Positions 7,395 to 16,524 of a stretch of DNA of 22,878 nt are shown in pieces. Numbering within the stretch: the first letter of the stretch is position 1; each line of letters starts with the position of its first letter. The stretch comes from an uncultured Candidatus Binatia bacterium. Lineage in GTDB: Bacteria > Desulfobacterota > Binatia > UBA9968 > JAJDTQ01. The notes under the pieces were generated by a model. The model made no database searches and was not told the origin of the DNA. It saw only the letters and a program-made list of their open reading frames with translations. Location: contig OZ219755.1 of NCBI GenBank assembly GCA_964291295.2, positions 1 through 22,878 on the forward strand, given 5' to 3'. A program made the position numbers and the translations under genes.

Positions 7395-10300
7395 TTGCCT
7401 GACGAAAGGGAAAGCTGCACGCTGGCAGGGGACCTGCTGGCCGGCGGGCCACGATACCGGAAGGAAGACAACGTCCGGCGGGACCTCGACCGGCTGCTGG
7501 TGGCCCTGGGGGTGGAGCGCACCGATATCGAAGGGGATTACTCGGTCCCGGAGGGTGCGATTGATCTGTACCTGCCGCGGCATCGGCTGGTGATCGAGAC
7601 GAAGGCGACGGGGAAGGCGGCGGCCCCGGACGAAGTGCAGGCGGGTCGGCAGGAATCCGCGCGCGGGCAACTGGAACGGTATGTGCAGGCCGTCATAGCC
7701 GACCAGCTGCAACTGCTGCCGGTCGGCAAGGACCTGGCGCCCGAACGGCGCTGGACCGGTATCGTCACGGACGGCCGGTACTGGCACGTCTACGACTACC
7801 CGCATGCGGAGACGCCCCTGGCCGGGCGCCGGACGCTGCACACCGGGCCCTGGGAAACAGGGGCGGAAGCCCTGGCCACGCGGCTGCGCGACCTGCTGGG
7901 CAGCGAACCGGTCGGGCGGACCTGGATACCGGCGGACCCGGCCGCGCTGTTCCGCGAGAGTCTGGAGCAGCTGGTCGCACTGTACGGGGATCTGGAAGGA
8001 CAGCCCCTCCGCGACATGCGGACGAAGCAGGCTCTCTGGCACGACATGCTGCGCGTCTCCGGCATGTCACCGCCAGGCCGGGTGGCACCCGACCGCCTGT
8101 TCGCCACCCACACGCTGCTGATCGTGATCGCCCGCATGGTGGTGCATGCACTGACCGCTGCCGGCGGCCCGCCAACGGCAGCGCTGCAGGATGGATTCGC
8201 CAGTTGGGTGCTGGGCTGGCCCCAGGGCGAGCAGTGGACCGAGTCCCTGTGGCACATCGTCCGCAGGCACGACTGGCGACCGCGACGCGGCGACGTGCTG
8301 CGCTCCCTGTACGAGTCCTTCGTGCCCGCCGCCGACCGGCAGGTGTTCGGGGAGTTCTACACGCCCGACTGGCTCGCGGCCATGATCGTCGAGCAGGCCC
8401 TCGATGCGCAGTGGCTGCAGGCTGCGATCCGGCAGGCCGAAACCGCCCTCGAAGACCGGCAGCCGTTACGGGGCGTGGGCGTCCTGGATCCGGCCTGCGG
8501 ATCGGGCACGTTCCTGTATCATGCCGCGCGGCGCATTCTCGCCGCACCCGCCATGAACGGGCTCACGCCCGTACAGAAGGCCAATGTCACGGCGCTGCTG
8601 CTGAACGGTCTGGACGTCCATCCCGTGGCGGTCGAGATCAGCAAGGCCAACCTGATGCGCGTGCTGCCCGCGCAACCCACCGAGGGTGAGTCCGCGCTCC
8701 GCGTGTACCTGGGGGACGCTCTGCTAGCCCGCAAGGAGGACATGCCGCTGTTCGACGGGCCCCTCATGCGCATCGCCACACCCCAGGGTCGATCGGTCGA
8801 CATCCCCACGGAACTGGTCCGCCAGGATACCTTCGGGGACAGCATCCGGCGGCTAGTCCGCGCGGCCAGCCGGGAAGAGGCCGTGCCGGACACGGTCCTC
8901 GGCCGGGTCTCGGAAGCCGCCCGCAGCGACTTGCGGCAATGCCTGCACGATCTCACGGCCGTGATCGGCCGGGAAGGCAACTCGGTGTGGGCATGGTATG
9001 CGATGAATGTCGCCTCCCCGCACCTGCTGGCGCTGCGCAAGGTCAACCGCATCGTGGCCAATCCGCCCTGGGTCCAACTCGCCAGCATCCAGGAACCCGA
9101 ACGCAAGCGCCTCATGGAGCAACTCGGAAACCGCCTGCAACTGCAGGCCGGCGGCCATCAGTCCCCCCATCTCGACATCGCCACCTTCTTCGTGCGACGC
9201 GCCCGCGAACTGTATCTGGCCGACCCGCAGCGCGATCCGGCGATCTGGCTGGTCAAGAAGTCGTCCCTGCGCGCCGGGCACTGGAGAAAGTTCCGGGAAC
9301 AGCACCGGTCGCTGGCCCAGACCGTGGACCTGGAGCCCCTCCAGCCCTTCGGCGGCGGCGATGCCAGGAGGTGCTGCCTCCTGCTGGAAATCTCGCCGCT
9401 GCGGTTCAAGGGACTCAAGGGAAAAGCACGTGCACCCCGACAGTCCACACCCACACGCAACATGGTGGCACGCATGATGCTGCCCCGCGCAGCTCCCGGA
9501 CAGCGGCAGAGGCCCCGCGCGGAGGACTCCTGGAGCACGGTCCGGAACCGCATCGGATTCGAGCCCGCACCCGAGCCCCTGCCGCAAGCCTCCTCGGACT
9601 ACCAGGGGACATTTCGCCAGGGAGCGAGCATCGTCCCTCATGTCCTGCTCCTTGTAGATGCGGCCTTCCCGCAAGGCGAGCGGGTCCGGGTGCGGACCCG
9701 CCCATCCAGGCAGCCCCGCTGGAACGCTCTCGAACCCCGCCATGTGGAGATCCCGCAACACTGGCTCTCCACCCTGTACCTGTCGAAGAACCTGCGGCCC
9801 TTCCTCGCTGCCACCGGCACCACGCAAGCCATCATTCCCAAGGATCCGCAGGGCAACCTGACCCTGTCGTCCGCGCTGGACGAAGCCGCCTGGGAAGTCC
9901 TCGATGAGGCCTGGCGGACGCACCGCAGCAGAGGCCAGCGAACGCCCCGCACGCTGGCCGAGCGGGTCGATTTCAACGGCGGTCTGTCCGCCCAGTCGGA
10001 TGCCCTGGCCAGTGACCGGTACAGAGTGCTGTACCCGGCTTCCGGTGACATCATGCGCGCTGCCCGGGTGCCCGCAGGAAACGGAGTTGTGGATTTCTCC
10101 CTCTACTGGCTTCTGGCGGAAAGTCCGGACGAGGCGGGCTATCTGACGGCCCTCCTGAACGCGCCATGCCTATCCCGCGCCTTCGCCGCGTCCCGCGAGA
10201 GCGGGCGGGACTTTCACCTGCATCCGTTCCGCAAGGTGCCGGTTCCCCGTTACGATTCCCGGAACACCCAGCACGCCGAACTGGCCCGGCTCTGCCGGGA

Positions 10301-10472
10301 AGCGGAGACGGTAGCGGAACAGATGTTGCAGGACCGGCAGCGGGCAAGCTCCCGCGCCGTCCGTAGCCGCCTGCTCGACAGCGGCATCCTGGCCAGGATC
10401 GACACGCTCGTGGCGGACCTGTTGCCCGACCAGTCCGTTCCAGAACCCGCACTTGCTGGCCCCGCTCGTTGA
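7395..10472 (+). CDS. Fused restriction endonuclease / N6-adenine methyltransferase / target-recognition protein (type IIG/IIL-like)
   Basis: N-terminal PD-(D/E)xK (IDLYLPRHRLVIETK), FGEFYTPDWLA, motif I VLDPACGSGTFL, motif IV NPPW and a C-terminal TRD-like region (YL.ALLN). Start taken as TTG 7395 after GGAGGA; ATG 7311 is the alternative. Confidence 0.9.
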   Translation: MPDERESCTLAGDLLAGGPRYRKEDNVRRDLDRLLVALGVERTDIEGDYSVPEGAIDLYLPRHRLVIETKATGKAAAPDEVQAGRQESARGQLERYVQAVIADQLQLLPVGKDLAPERRWTGIVTDGRYWHVYDYPHAETPLAGRRTLHTGPWETGAEALATRLRDLLGSEPVGRTWIPADPAALFRESLEQLVALYGDLEGQPLRDMRTKQALWHDMLRVSGMSPPGRVAPDRLFATHTLLIVIARMVVHALTAAGGPPTAALQDGFASWVLGWPQGEQWTESLWHIVRRHDWRPRRGDVLRSLYESFVPAADRQVFGEFYTPDWLAAMIVEQALDAQWLQAAIRQAETALEDRQPLRGVGVLDPACGSGTFLYHAARRILAAPAMNGLTPVQKANVTALLLNGLDVHPVAVEISKANLMRVLPAQPTEGESALRVYLGDALLARKEDMPLFDGPLMRIATPQGRSVDIPTELVRQDTFGDSIRRLVRAASREEAVPDTVLGRVSEAARSDLRQCLHDLTAVIGREGNSVWAWYAMNVASPHLLALRKVNRIVANPPWVQLASIQEPERKRLMEQLGNRLQLQAGGHQSPHLDIATFFVRRARELYLADPQRDPAIWLVKKSSLRAGHWRKFREQHRSLAQTVDLEPLQPFGGGDARRCCLLLEISPLRFKGLKGKARAPRQSTPTRNMVARMMLPRAAPGQRQRPRAEDSWSTVRNRIGFEPAPEPLPQASSDYQGTFRQGASIVPHVLLLVDAAFPQGERVRVRTRPSRQPRWNALEPRHVEIPQHWLSTLYLSKNLRPFLAATGTTQAIIPKDPQGNLTLSSALDEAAWEVLDEAWRTHRSRGQRTPRTLAERVDFNGGLSAQSDALASDRYRVLYPASGDIMRAARVPAGNGVVDFSLYWLLAESPDEAGYLTALLNAPCLSRAFAASRESGRDFHLHPFRKVPVPRYDSRNTQHAELARLCREAETVAEQMLQDRQRASSRAVRSRLLDSGILARIDTLVADLLPDQSVPEPALAGPAR

Positions 10473-10750
10473 ACGAATCGCTGCCATCCTCGCCCGGCAG
10501 GTCCGCGACGTCGCCTGCTCCGGTCGCGTTCGCGACTATTCTTACCCAAGTGCCAGTGCGTGGCGAACACCACGCCAAACCTGGCGCGGGTTCTCGGTGG
10601 GTGCGAGCGTCGTCGCGTCGGGCCGGATCTTCGCATGTCGCGGCCTCGATGGTCACTGCGTACGACGTGCCGGGTTCTTCGATGCTGTCAACGAGCATTC
10701 GCCAGAGCTTCAATCTCATCCCCGGCCAACGAGGCCCGGACCGCTTGGCA

Positions 10751-10987
10751 TCATGTCTCGCCCCGTTCCTCGTCGATGTCGATCTCCACGAAGACCGGCG
10801 CAGCACGTTCTGTATAACCCGCACACAACAGCAACTCGGGGCCCTCCGGGTCGGACCACTTGCAGCCTCGTACGTAATCCAGCGCCTCGCGCCTTGATGC
10901 TCCACGCAGCAGAACCTTCCCGTCCACGCTGTTGATCTGATAGTCACCCCGTTGCGGCACTGTCGTATCGGTGGATAGAATTTTCAA
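10751..10987 (-). CDS. Small hypothetical protein (78 aa), copy 2
   Basis: GGGAGG RBS before TTG 10987. MKILSTDTTVPQRGDYQINSVDGKVLLRGASRREALDYVRG..WSDPEGPELLLCAGY...IDIDEERGET is a paralogue of 3848-4090. About 60 bp of upstream DNA is also conserved. Confidence 0.7.
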   Translation of the reverse strand: MKILSTDTTVPQRGDYQINSVDGKVLLRGASRREALDYVRGCKWSDPEGPELLLCAGYTERAAPVFVEIDIDEERGET

Positions 10988-11052
10988 GAACCACCCTCCC
11001 TGCACGGGAGTCTAGCTCCGATGGAACCCGCGTGCAGACAATTCCACCCTGC

Positions 11053-11625
11053 ATGGCCGAGAAATTCCGCATCCTGCCGTCCTCCCCGCTCGCACAGGCC
11101 GCCCGTTCCTGCCCTCTGCTCGAGCAGCAGGCCGACCGGGAAGCCTGGGTCGACTGCTGTTCACGACGCTTCCTTCCCCTCGCGCGCCGCCTGGCCGGCA
11201 ACAGTGACGAGACCCGCGACATCCTGCAGGAAAGCTGGACCCGGGTACTGGAGCATGTCTGCACCTATCGCGGAGATTCCCCGGCCTGCTCCTGGGTACG
11301 GGCCATCGTCCACAACTGCGCACTCGATCTTCAGCGTCGGAACCGATCGTCCGACCGAAACCCTGGAATCGACATTGAGGACCCATCCCGGAATCCGGAA
11401 GCGCAGGCCCAGCAGCAGGAACTGCTGCACCTGCTGCGCGAGATGGTCGACTCGCTGCCCGCCGCTTACCGCGCCGTCTGCGAACTGCGCTTCGGCCAGG
11501 AACTCTCCGAAGCCGAGATCGCCCTACACCTCGGGATCTCTCTCTCGAACGTCTCCACCCGTCTCCACCGCGCTGTCCGGATGCTCCGGAAACGTCTCGA
11601 CAGCCGTCTCCGGCAACACCCCTGA
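11053..11625 (+). CDS. ECF-type sigma-70 factor
   Basis: Region 2: LARRLAGNSDETRDILQESW...SWVRAIVHNCALD. Region 4: SLPAAYRAVCELRFGQELSEAEIALHLGISLSNVSTRLHRA. Start uncertain (GTG 11032 or ATG 11053). Confidence 0.93.
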   Translation: MAEKFRILPSSPLAQAARSCPLLEQQADREAWVDCCSRRFLPLARRLAGNSDETRDILQESWTRVLEHVCTYRGDSPACSWVRAIVHNCALDLQRRNRSSDRNPGIDIEDPSRNPEAQAQQQELLHLLREMVDSLPAAYRAVCELRFGQELSEAEIALHLGISLSNVSTRLHRAVRMLRKRLDSRLRQHP

Positions 11626-11674
11626 ACAATGGCTTCCCCGGGGAGCCCGGATGACCGCTCGCTGGGCGGTTCCC

Positions 11675-11722
11675 TCACAAAAACCTATAAAAAACTTGTG
11701 ATGAATCCGCGCCTCAAACGTC
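11675..11722 (+). promoter_or_regulatory. Candidate ECF-type promoter with an overlapping inverted repeat
   Basis: TGTGAT-N16-CGTC (11697-11722) resembles the TGWAAC-N16-CGTC ECF promoter pattern. TCACAA-N15-TTGTGA inverted repeat at 11675-11701. Lies 50 nt upstream of the peptidase gene. Confidence 0.4.
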
Positions 11723-11773
11723 TTAGAAAGTAGAGAACCCGGAGACCGGTGGCAGATGGCCGAAGGAGGGAAC

Positions 11774-12592
11774 ATGCTCAAGAACGAAGTACCCCCATCC
11801 ACACTCGCGCTAGTGGTGGCTCTTGCTGGAACATATCTGTATGCTGTAAACCCGCTCCGCGCGCAACCCGTTCACGCTCCATCTTCGCGCGTCTCAATCG
11901 AAGTCTGGTGTGAAGACGATCGAAAGCGCCCTGTTCCCAACTGCAGCATGAGCATTCAGACGAGGCCACGTCAATATTCGAATGCTCATCTTCACATGGG
12001 AGGAAACCAACCAGTGAGCCTGTTAGGGACGTCAGAAACAGGACCATTCTCGGAACACATCATTGTCAACACAGGATCACGTGGAAAAACCACAGTATGG
12101 CTTAAGACTCATACCGTAGGACAGGCTGAAGATCTCCTAGCATGTTCAGCACGTGGCTGCATAGCGCAAACATATTTTATTGGTTATAATAACTTCGTAG
12201 AAGTTCTCGAAAACAACTTGTGGTTTCACGTTGGAGGTAGCACGACAAATCACGGAGACAATCGCTGGAATCACTGGATGACTCCATCAGCCATGAGAAA
12301 ATTAACGGCGACTGTAGCAAGCTTTAAATCGAAAAATCCAAGCTTGGGCAAACTCGCTGTCAACGACATGAGTTTGCCATTGGGTGGAACGTTTGACATC
12401 CGTCGGAACTGGCGTCCTCCCCACGAAGAGCACTCAATCGGTACGGCCGTCGATATCCGAGGAAACGGGGGTCCTGGGTCGATTCCACCCAGTAAACTAG
12501 CGGATTTTGTTGCTGAGTGCAGATTGAAAGGAGCCACAAGCGCAATAGCCGAAGGATCTGGTTCGAACCGTCATGTGCATTGCAAGTGGTAA
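11774..12592 (+). CDS. Secreted zinc peptidoglycan endopeptidase of the LAS clan (MepA/M74-like C-terminal domain)
   Basis: AGGAGG RBS and signal peptide (...NPLRA). Motifs NDMSLPLGGTFD...W.PPHEEHSIGTAVDIR (H-x6-D) and terminal HVH (HxH). N-terminal beta-rich, Ig-like region. Confidence 0.8.
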   Translation: MLKNEVPPSTLALVVALAGTYLYAVNPLRAQPVHAPSSRVSIEVWCEDDRKRPVPNCSMSIQTRPRQYSNAHLHMGGNQPVSLLGTSETGPFSEHIIVNTGSRGKTTVWLKTHTVGQAEDLLACSARGCIAQTYFIGYNNFVEVLENNLWFHVGGSTTNHGDNRWNHWMTPSAMRKLTATVASFKSKNPSLGKLAVNDMSLPLGGTFDIRRNWRPPHEEHSIGTAVDIRGNGGPGSIPPSKLADFVAECRLKGATSAIAEGSGSNRHVHCKW

Positions 12593-12626
12593 AAATCAAG
12601 TGAGAAATTCGACAGGAAAGGACATC

Positions 12627-13709
12627 ATGACACGTTCTATTTATATTGCAGTGATCACATTTATTGCTGCACTACAAACACCTGCTCAGGAGGCTTATCC
12701 CCAGATAAAAATCCTTCCATTCCGTAGCTGTGATTCGATTGCAAACGCAGAGCAAAACTCCGAATTGAAGTCCGTCCGGGAAGAAGTTCAGAAATTAGTT
12801 ACAGAGCTTCCGCGAGGGCGAGATAGGGATCTCGCCTTAGATCTATTGAGGGAGATTTCCGGAGGTATGCAAGACGGCTTATGCATGGCATTCAAGGATG
12901 GCGAATTCATGGCCCGTATTGTCGGAAATTCCGAAATTGGCGACAAGGACCCTGAGATTACCTTGGGAGATCGCAGTTCTCCAGAGATCAAGGTCGATGT
13001 CACAGAACTGCCAGAGGAAGCTGGCTTCGGCTACGTGTATCTCGTTTCGAACAAGGACCAAGCGAGAGATGCAATTACCACTTGGGGGGTAATGACACCC
13101 AAGGATGACCAAGCGTTGCGGATGGATCATCCCCTCTGGGAAGTCGTTTTGTCCCACGTTCCAGCGAGCGGGCATATGGCCGTAAAGGAACTCCCCGACG
13201 CAGAGGCTCGAAAAATGCCGAATATTGGGTCTGGGACCGACTTTTCGCGGTGGAGAGCCCCAACAGAACAACTGACGATCGGCCCCGGTTCGAGCCAGTT
13301 CCCTTTCACCCTGAAATCCCGTTTCCTACCAGGCTGGACGACAGCCTATGTGGGCTCCGAGGAAACTGTCAAGCTACCACAGAGCCCCATCTCCCCCAAA
13401 GCCCAAACCGCCCTGAACGAACTGGCGACACCGGAGAACTTCTATTCCAACGTAGTGACCATCGGACCCAAGTTCGCCCCCGAAACAGATCGCAGCTGGA
13501 TTGCGGGCGATTGGCATTTGGGAATCCAGATGATGACATCGGCGGATCAGCTTGAAGCCGGTTCGCCCTACGTTGTCAGTCTTCTGCAATCCTTGGCTCT
13601 GATTGCTGCGTCCGCATCCAAAGCACAAGTAGACCTGAAGGTCAACGAAGAACCGAAAGAGGGCTTGGAGGCCGTGCTCGACAAGGCCGTTCGTATGGCT
13701 TTGCGCTGA
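12627..13709 (+). CDS. Secreted hypothetical protein, paralogue 1 (360 aa)
   Basis: AAAGGA RBS before ATG 12627 and a signal peptide. Shares LPGWTTAYV.S, IGP.F, W..GIQ.M, SPYV..LL and G.E..LD...RMA with the next gene. Confidence 0.85.
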   Translation: MTRSIYIAVITFIAALQTPAQEAYPQIKILPFRSCDSIANAEQNSELKSVREEVQKLVTELPRGRDRDLALDLLREISGGMQDGLCMAFKDGEFMARIVGNSEIGDKDPEITLGDRSSPEIKVDVTELPEEAGFGYVYLVSNKDQARDAITTWGVMTPKDDQALRMDHPLWEVVLSHVPASGHMAVKELPDAEARKMPNIGSGTDFSRWRAPTEQLTIGPGSSQFPFTLKSRFLPGWTTAYVGSEETVKLPQSPISPKAQTALNELATPENFYSNVVTIGPKFAPETDRSWIAGDWHLGIQMMTSADQLEAGSPYVVSLLQSLALIAASASKAQVDLKVNEEPKEGLEAVLDKAVRMALR

Positions 13710-13736
13710 CCAACCACAAAAGAGGCAACCAACGCA

Positions 13737-14864
13737 ATGTTAACTAGATCTCAGACTGCCCTGATCGCTCTCGTATTCATCACGCCAGTATTCACCCAAG
13801 CACAATGGGTGGGTGCCGTCCGGGGCTGGTTCTCAACCCCTGGATGTGAACCTGATCCAGCACTTGATTCATCCAGAAATATCAATGACGATCAAGATGA
13901 AGATGGCGAACAACCTAAACTTGCCACCCGAGTACACGAACTCACAAAGTCACTTCCAGAAGGACGGGCACGGGAGCTTGCACAGAAACTTGAAACATCC
14001 CTCCGTCCAAGAAATCACCTGACGTATGTTTGCAAGGATAAGACGGAGACTGGATACGTTATCCGTTACCCAAAGAACTTGGAAGTTCAATACGATTCGG
14101 ATACTGAGGTTGTCGAGATTCGTTATGAGACTAGCAACCTTGGTCGACCAAAGATCAAATTTGATGTCACCGTTGATTTGGAAGAGAAAATGTTCCAATA
14201 CTCATACAGATTATCGAATGATAGCAATGCCACTAGGCCAATCGCAGGATGGTACATAGTGACAGATCCAGAAGATTCTTCTATACAGTCCGGAAACTCA
14301 GATAACTGGATAAATAGGGATCCGTATACTTTTCCATCTTGGGCACCTCAGTCTGCTTTATATGAAGATATTAGTGGCCCAGAATTGATAAGTGTTGAGC
14401 AGCCAGGAAGGCTAGTAATATGGAAATCAAGACAAACACTACAGCCGGGAGATAGTGCGGGAATTTTCACGATAAAATCTATTTTATTACCCGGATGGAC
14501 GACAGCATATGTGCGAAGTACAGGCCCATTAACACCACTTCCACGTTACCTAGATGGAGTCCCAAAACAGGCATTAGAAGAGATAGGTTTTCTTCAAAAA
14601 TGGGAAAATGGATATTCTTCAATTCCAGTAATTGGGCCTAGATTTGATGCCAATGTGGATAATACAGAAATATTCTCTAACTGGCTGAATGGAATACAAA
14701 TAATGATTAGACATGATTGGCTAAGCGGAGACTCTCCATACGTCAAGGAGTTACTCGAGTTCCTGCGGGATCCATCTATAGGAAAATTGAGTTCACACAT
14801 CCAATCCAAACCCATGAAAGGCATGGAGGAATTGCTGGACAGGATCATCCGCATGGCCTTCTAG
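13737..14864 (+). CDS. Secreted hypothetical protein, paralogue 2 (375 aa)
   Basis: AGAGG RBS and signal peptide (...VFTQA). Same motifs as the upstream gene. Lowest-GC coding DNA in the window (spot counts 20-27 G+C per 60 nt). Confidence 0.85.
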   Translation: MLTRSQTALIALVFITPVFTQAQWVGAVRGWFSTPGCEPDPALDSSRNINDDQDEDGEQPKLATRVHELTKSLPEGRARELAQKLETSLRPRNHLTYVCKDKTETGYVIRYPKNLEVQYDSDTEVVEIRYETSNLGRPKIKFDVTVDLEEKMFQYSYRLSNDSNATRPIAGWYIVTDPEDSSIQSGNSDNWINRDPYTFPSWAPQSALYEDISGPELISVEQPGRLVIWKSRQTLQPGDSAGIFTIKSILLPGWTTAYVRSTGPLTPLPRYLDGVPKQALEEIGFLQKWENGYSSIPVIGPRFDANVDNTEIFSNWLNGIQIMIRHDWLSGDSPYVKELLEFLRDPSIGKLSSHIQSKPMKGMEELLDRIIRMAF

Positions 14865-14895
14865 ATTTGCGTGGTCTGCTAGTTTCGAATCTCCC

Positions 14896-16524
14896 TCAGC
14901 GGGACGGACCGCTGTCGCGGTCTCTCCCCCGCGCTGGGGACCACGTCGGCCGTCCGCCGCCCCGCGATCTCTGCGGCCGTTCGCCCCGCTGTCGCTCCAG
15001 AGGGCCTTGCCACCGCCGCCTCAGCGCCTCGAGAGCCGGTCCAGTGCGTCCGCGATCCGCCTGTAGTCCCCGGCGAGCTGCGCGTAGTCGCTCCCCAATT
15101 CGTTCACATGCCGCTGCAACCGCTCGACCTGCCCGCGCAAGCTCTGCACCTGCTGCAGCAAGCCACTCACCCGCTCGGACGAACTCCTCCGCTCCCGCTC
15201 GTATTGCGCGGACAAAGCCCCCAGGGCCTCCGTCAGCCGTCTCTCCAGTTCCGTCATCCCGCCCCCTCAATCGCTCCCGATCCGGATCGCCGGTCGTCCG
15301 TCCAGCCGCCAGTTCGGATCCACCTCGCTCCCCTCCTCCAGCACCACGAACCGTCCCTCCGGCACCTCCCGCAACTCCACCCCCCACGTCACCGCCTCCA
15401 ACTCTTCCAGCGTCCGGCTCTGCTCCCGGATCTCTTCCCGCAATCCCTCCCGGATCTCGATCTGGCTCCGGATGCTGCTCGACAGCCACCGCGTCAGTCC
15501 CCAGTTCCCCAGCAAGATGAGCACGAAGACTCCTATCCCCGCTCCCAGCGGCAGGACCCAACTCCACTGCAGAACCGCGATCTGCCGCTCCACCACTTCC
15601 TCCATGGCGCTCTCGATGGTACGCTGCGCGCTCGCTCCGGCGTCTCTCACACTCTCGCCAAGCCGCCTGAACTCGCTGCGGATCCGCTCTTCGCTCCGTT
15701 CCCTCTCCGCCGCGATCAGACGCTCTTCCTCCACCCGCCTCTGCCGCAGCCGCTCGCTCAAGCTGCCCGGCCTCGAAGTCCCTGCCATACAGCACTCCTT
15801 TCAGTCGCCACCTCTGCCCGCTCTCCGGGTCCAGAGCCGTCACGTAGTCCCGGCCCTGCCGCGGCACCTCCAGTCCCGCTTCCTCCAGCGCCGCCACCAC
15901 CTCGGCCCGGTTCCGCACGTCTCCCGCCTCCACACGCTGCTCCAGGTACGTCCCCAGCAAACCCCGCCCGTCCGGTTCCACCTCCAGTCCCGCCCGCACC
16001 TGCCCCGCCCGGATGTACGCCTGGTACGGCCCCGGCTGCTGCACCCGCGCCCGCTCCGGATCGTCCGGACGACTCCACCCGTACTCCAGGTTCAGTGCGT
16101 CCCGCAGCGCATCATACGTCTTCTGCCAGCCCGGCGGCGCGATGTTCAGGCTCCGCCCCGTCGCCAGATCGCACCGCGCCGTCAGCACGTGCACGTGCAC
16201 CCCCCCGCCGCTCTCCCGGTGCAGCACCGCCGCCCACGCGTACCGCTCCGCATCCAGTCCCGCCCACGCCGTCTTCTCGAACTCCTCCAACGTCCGCTCG
16301 ATCTCCGCGTCGCTCGGTGCATCCTCCGGCGCCCACGCGATCACTCCCGACGTGTACCGATGCCGGAACTCCAGCGCGTCCGCCACCTCCGCCACCTCCT
16401 GCGGATCCCCGCGCAGCACCTCCACTCCGCTCCGCTCCTGCCCCTGACTGTCCCGCTCTCCCACCAGATACGCCGCAGCCGCTCGCGCACTGCCCGTCCC
16501 CCGTGCCAGGAACTTAATGTGCAT
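14896..16524 (-). CDS. mobA: Relaxase, ColE1 MbeA-like (MOB_P5 group)
   Basis: M.IKF..RG.GS.....YL (catalytic Tyr), VLRGDP, RYTSGV..W, FE..A.AGL...Y....V.H, HVH, DL.TG.SLN..PPG and RLKG.LY. GGAGG RBS; overlaps the end of mobC. Confidence 0.93.
   Translation of the reverse strand: MHIKFLARGTGSARAAAAYLVGERDSQGQERSGVEVLRGDPQEVAEVADALEFRHRYTSGVIAWAPEDAPSDAEIERTLEEFEKTAWAGLDAERYAWAAVLHRESGGGVHVHVLTARCDLATGRSLNIAPPGWQKTYDALRDALNLEYGWSRPDDPERARVQQPGPYQAYIRAGQVRAGLEVEPDGRGLLGTYLEQRVEAGDVRNRAEVVAALEEAGLEVPRQGRDYVTALDPESGQRWRLKGVLYGRDFEAGQLERAAAAEAGGGRASDRGGEGTERRADPQRVQAAWRECERRRSERAAYHRERHGGSGGAADRGSAVELGPAAGSGDRSLRAHLAGELGTDAVAVEQHPEPDRDPGGIAGRDPGAEPDAGRVGGGDVGGGVAGGAGGTVRGAGGGERGGSELAAGRTTGDPDRERLRGRDDGTGETADGGPGGFVRAIRAGAEEFVRAGEWLAAAGAELARAGRAVAAACERIGERLRAARRGLQADRGRTGPALEALRRRWQGPLERQRGERPQRSRGGGRPTWSPARGRDRDSGPSR
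15021..15257 (-). CDS. mobD: MbeD/MobD-like protein nested in mobA
   Basis: MTELERRLTEALGALSAQYERE.. matches the MbeD N-terminus (MTELE..L..AL..L...Y). GAGG RBS; coiled coil. Confidence 0.8.
   Translation of the reverse strand: MTELERRLTEALGALSAQYERERRSSSERVSGLLQQVQSLRGQVERLQRHVNELGSDYAQLAGDYRRIADALDRLSRR
15267..15788 (-). CDS. mobB: MbeB/MobB-like mobilisation protein nested in an alternative frame of mobA
   Basis: Own AAGGAG RBS. Coiled coil, TM helix (WSWVLPLGAGIGVFVLILLGNWGL), coiled coil, then TWGV.L.E...GRF.VL. Same position as ColE1 mbeB. Confidence 0.8.
   Translation of the reverse strand: MAGTSRPGSLSERLRQRRVEEERLIAAERERSEERIRSEFRRLGESVRDAGASAQRTIESAMEEVVERQIAVLQWSWVLPLGAGIGVFVLILLGNWGLTRWLSSSIRSQIEIREGLREEIREQSRTLEELEAVTWGVELREVPEGRFVVLEEGSEVDPNWRLDGRPAIRIGSD

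Noticed and set aside
2252-14864. Integron cassette array (tyrosine recombinase plus varied cargo)
   Set aside because: The recombinase is Cre-like and lacks the IntI insertion, I found no attC-like RYYYAAC...GTTRRRY hairpins, and the cargo genes are in mixed orientations.
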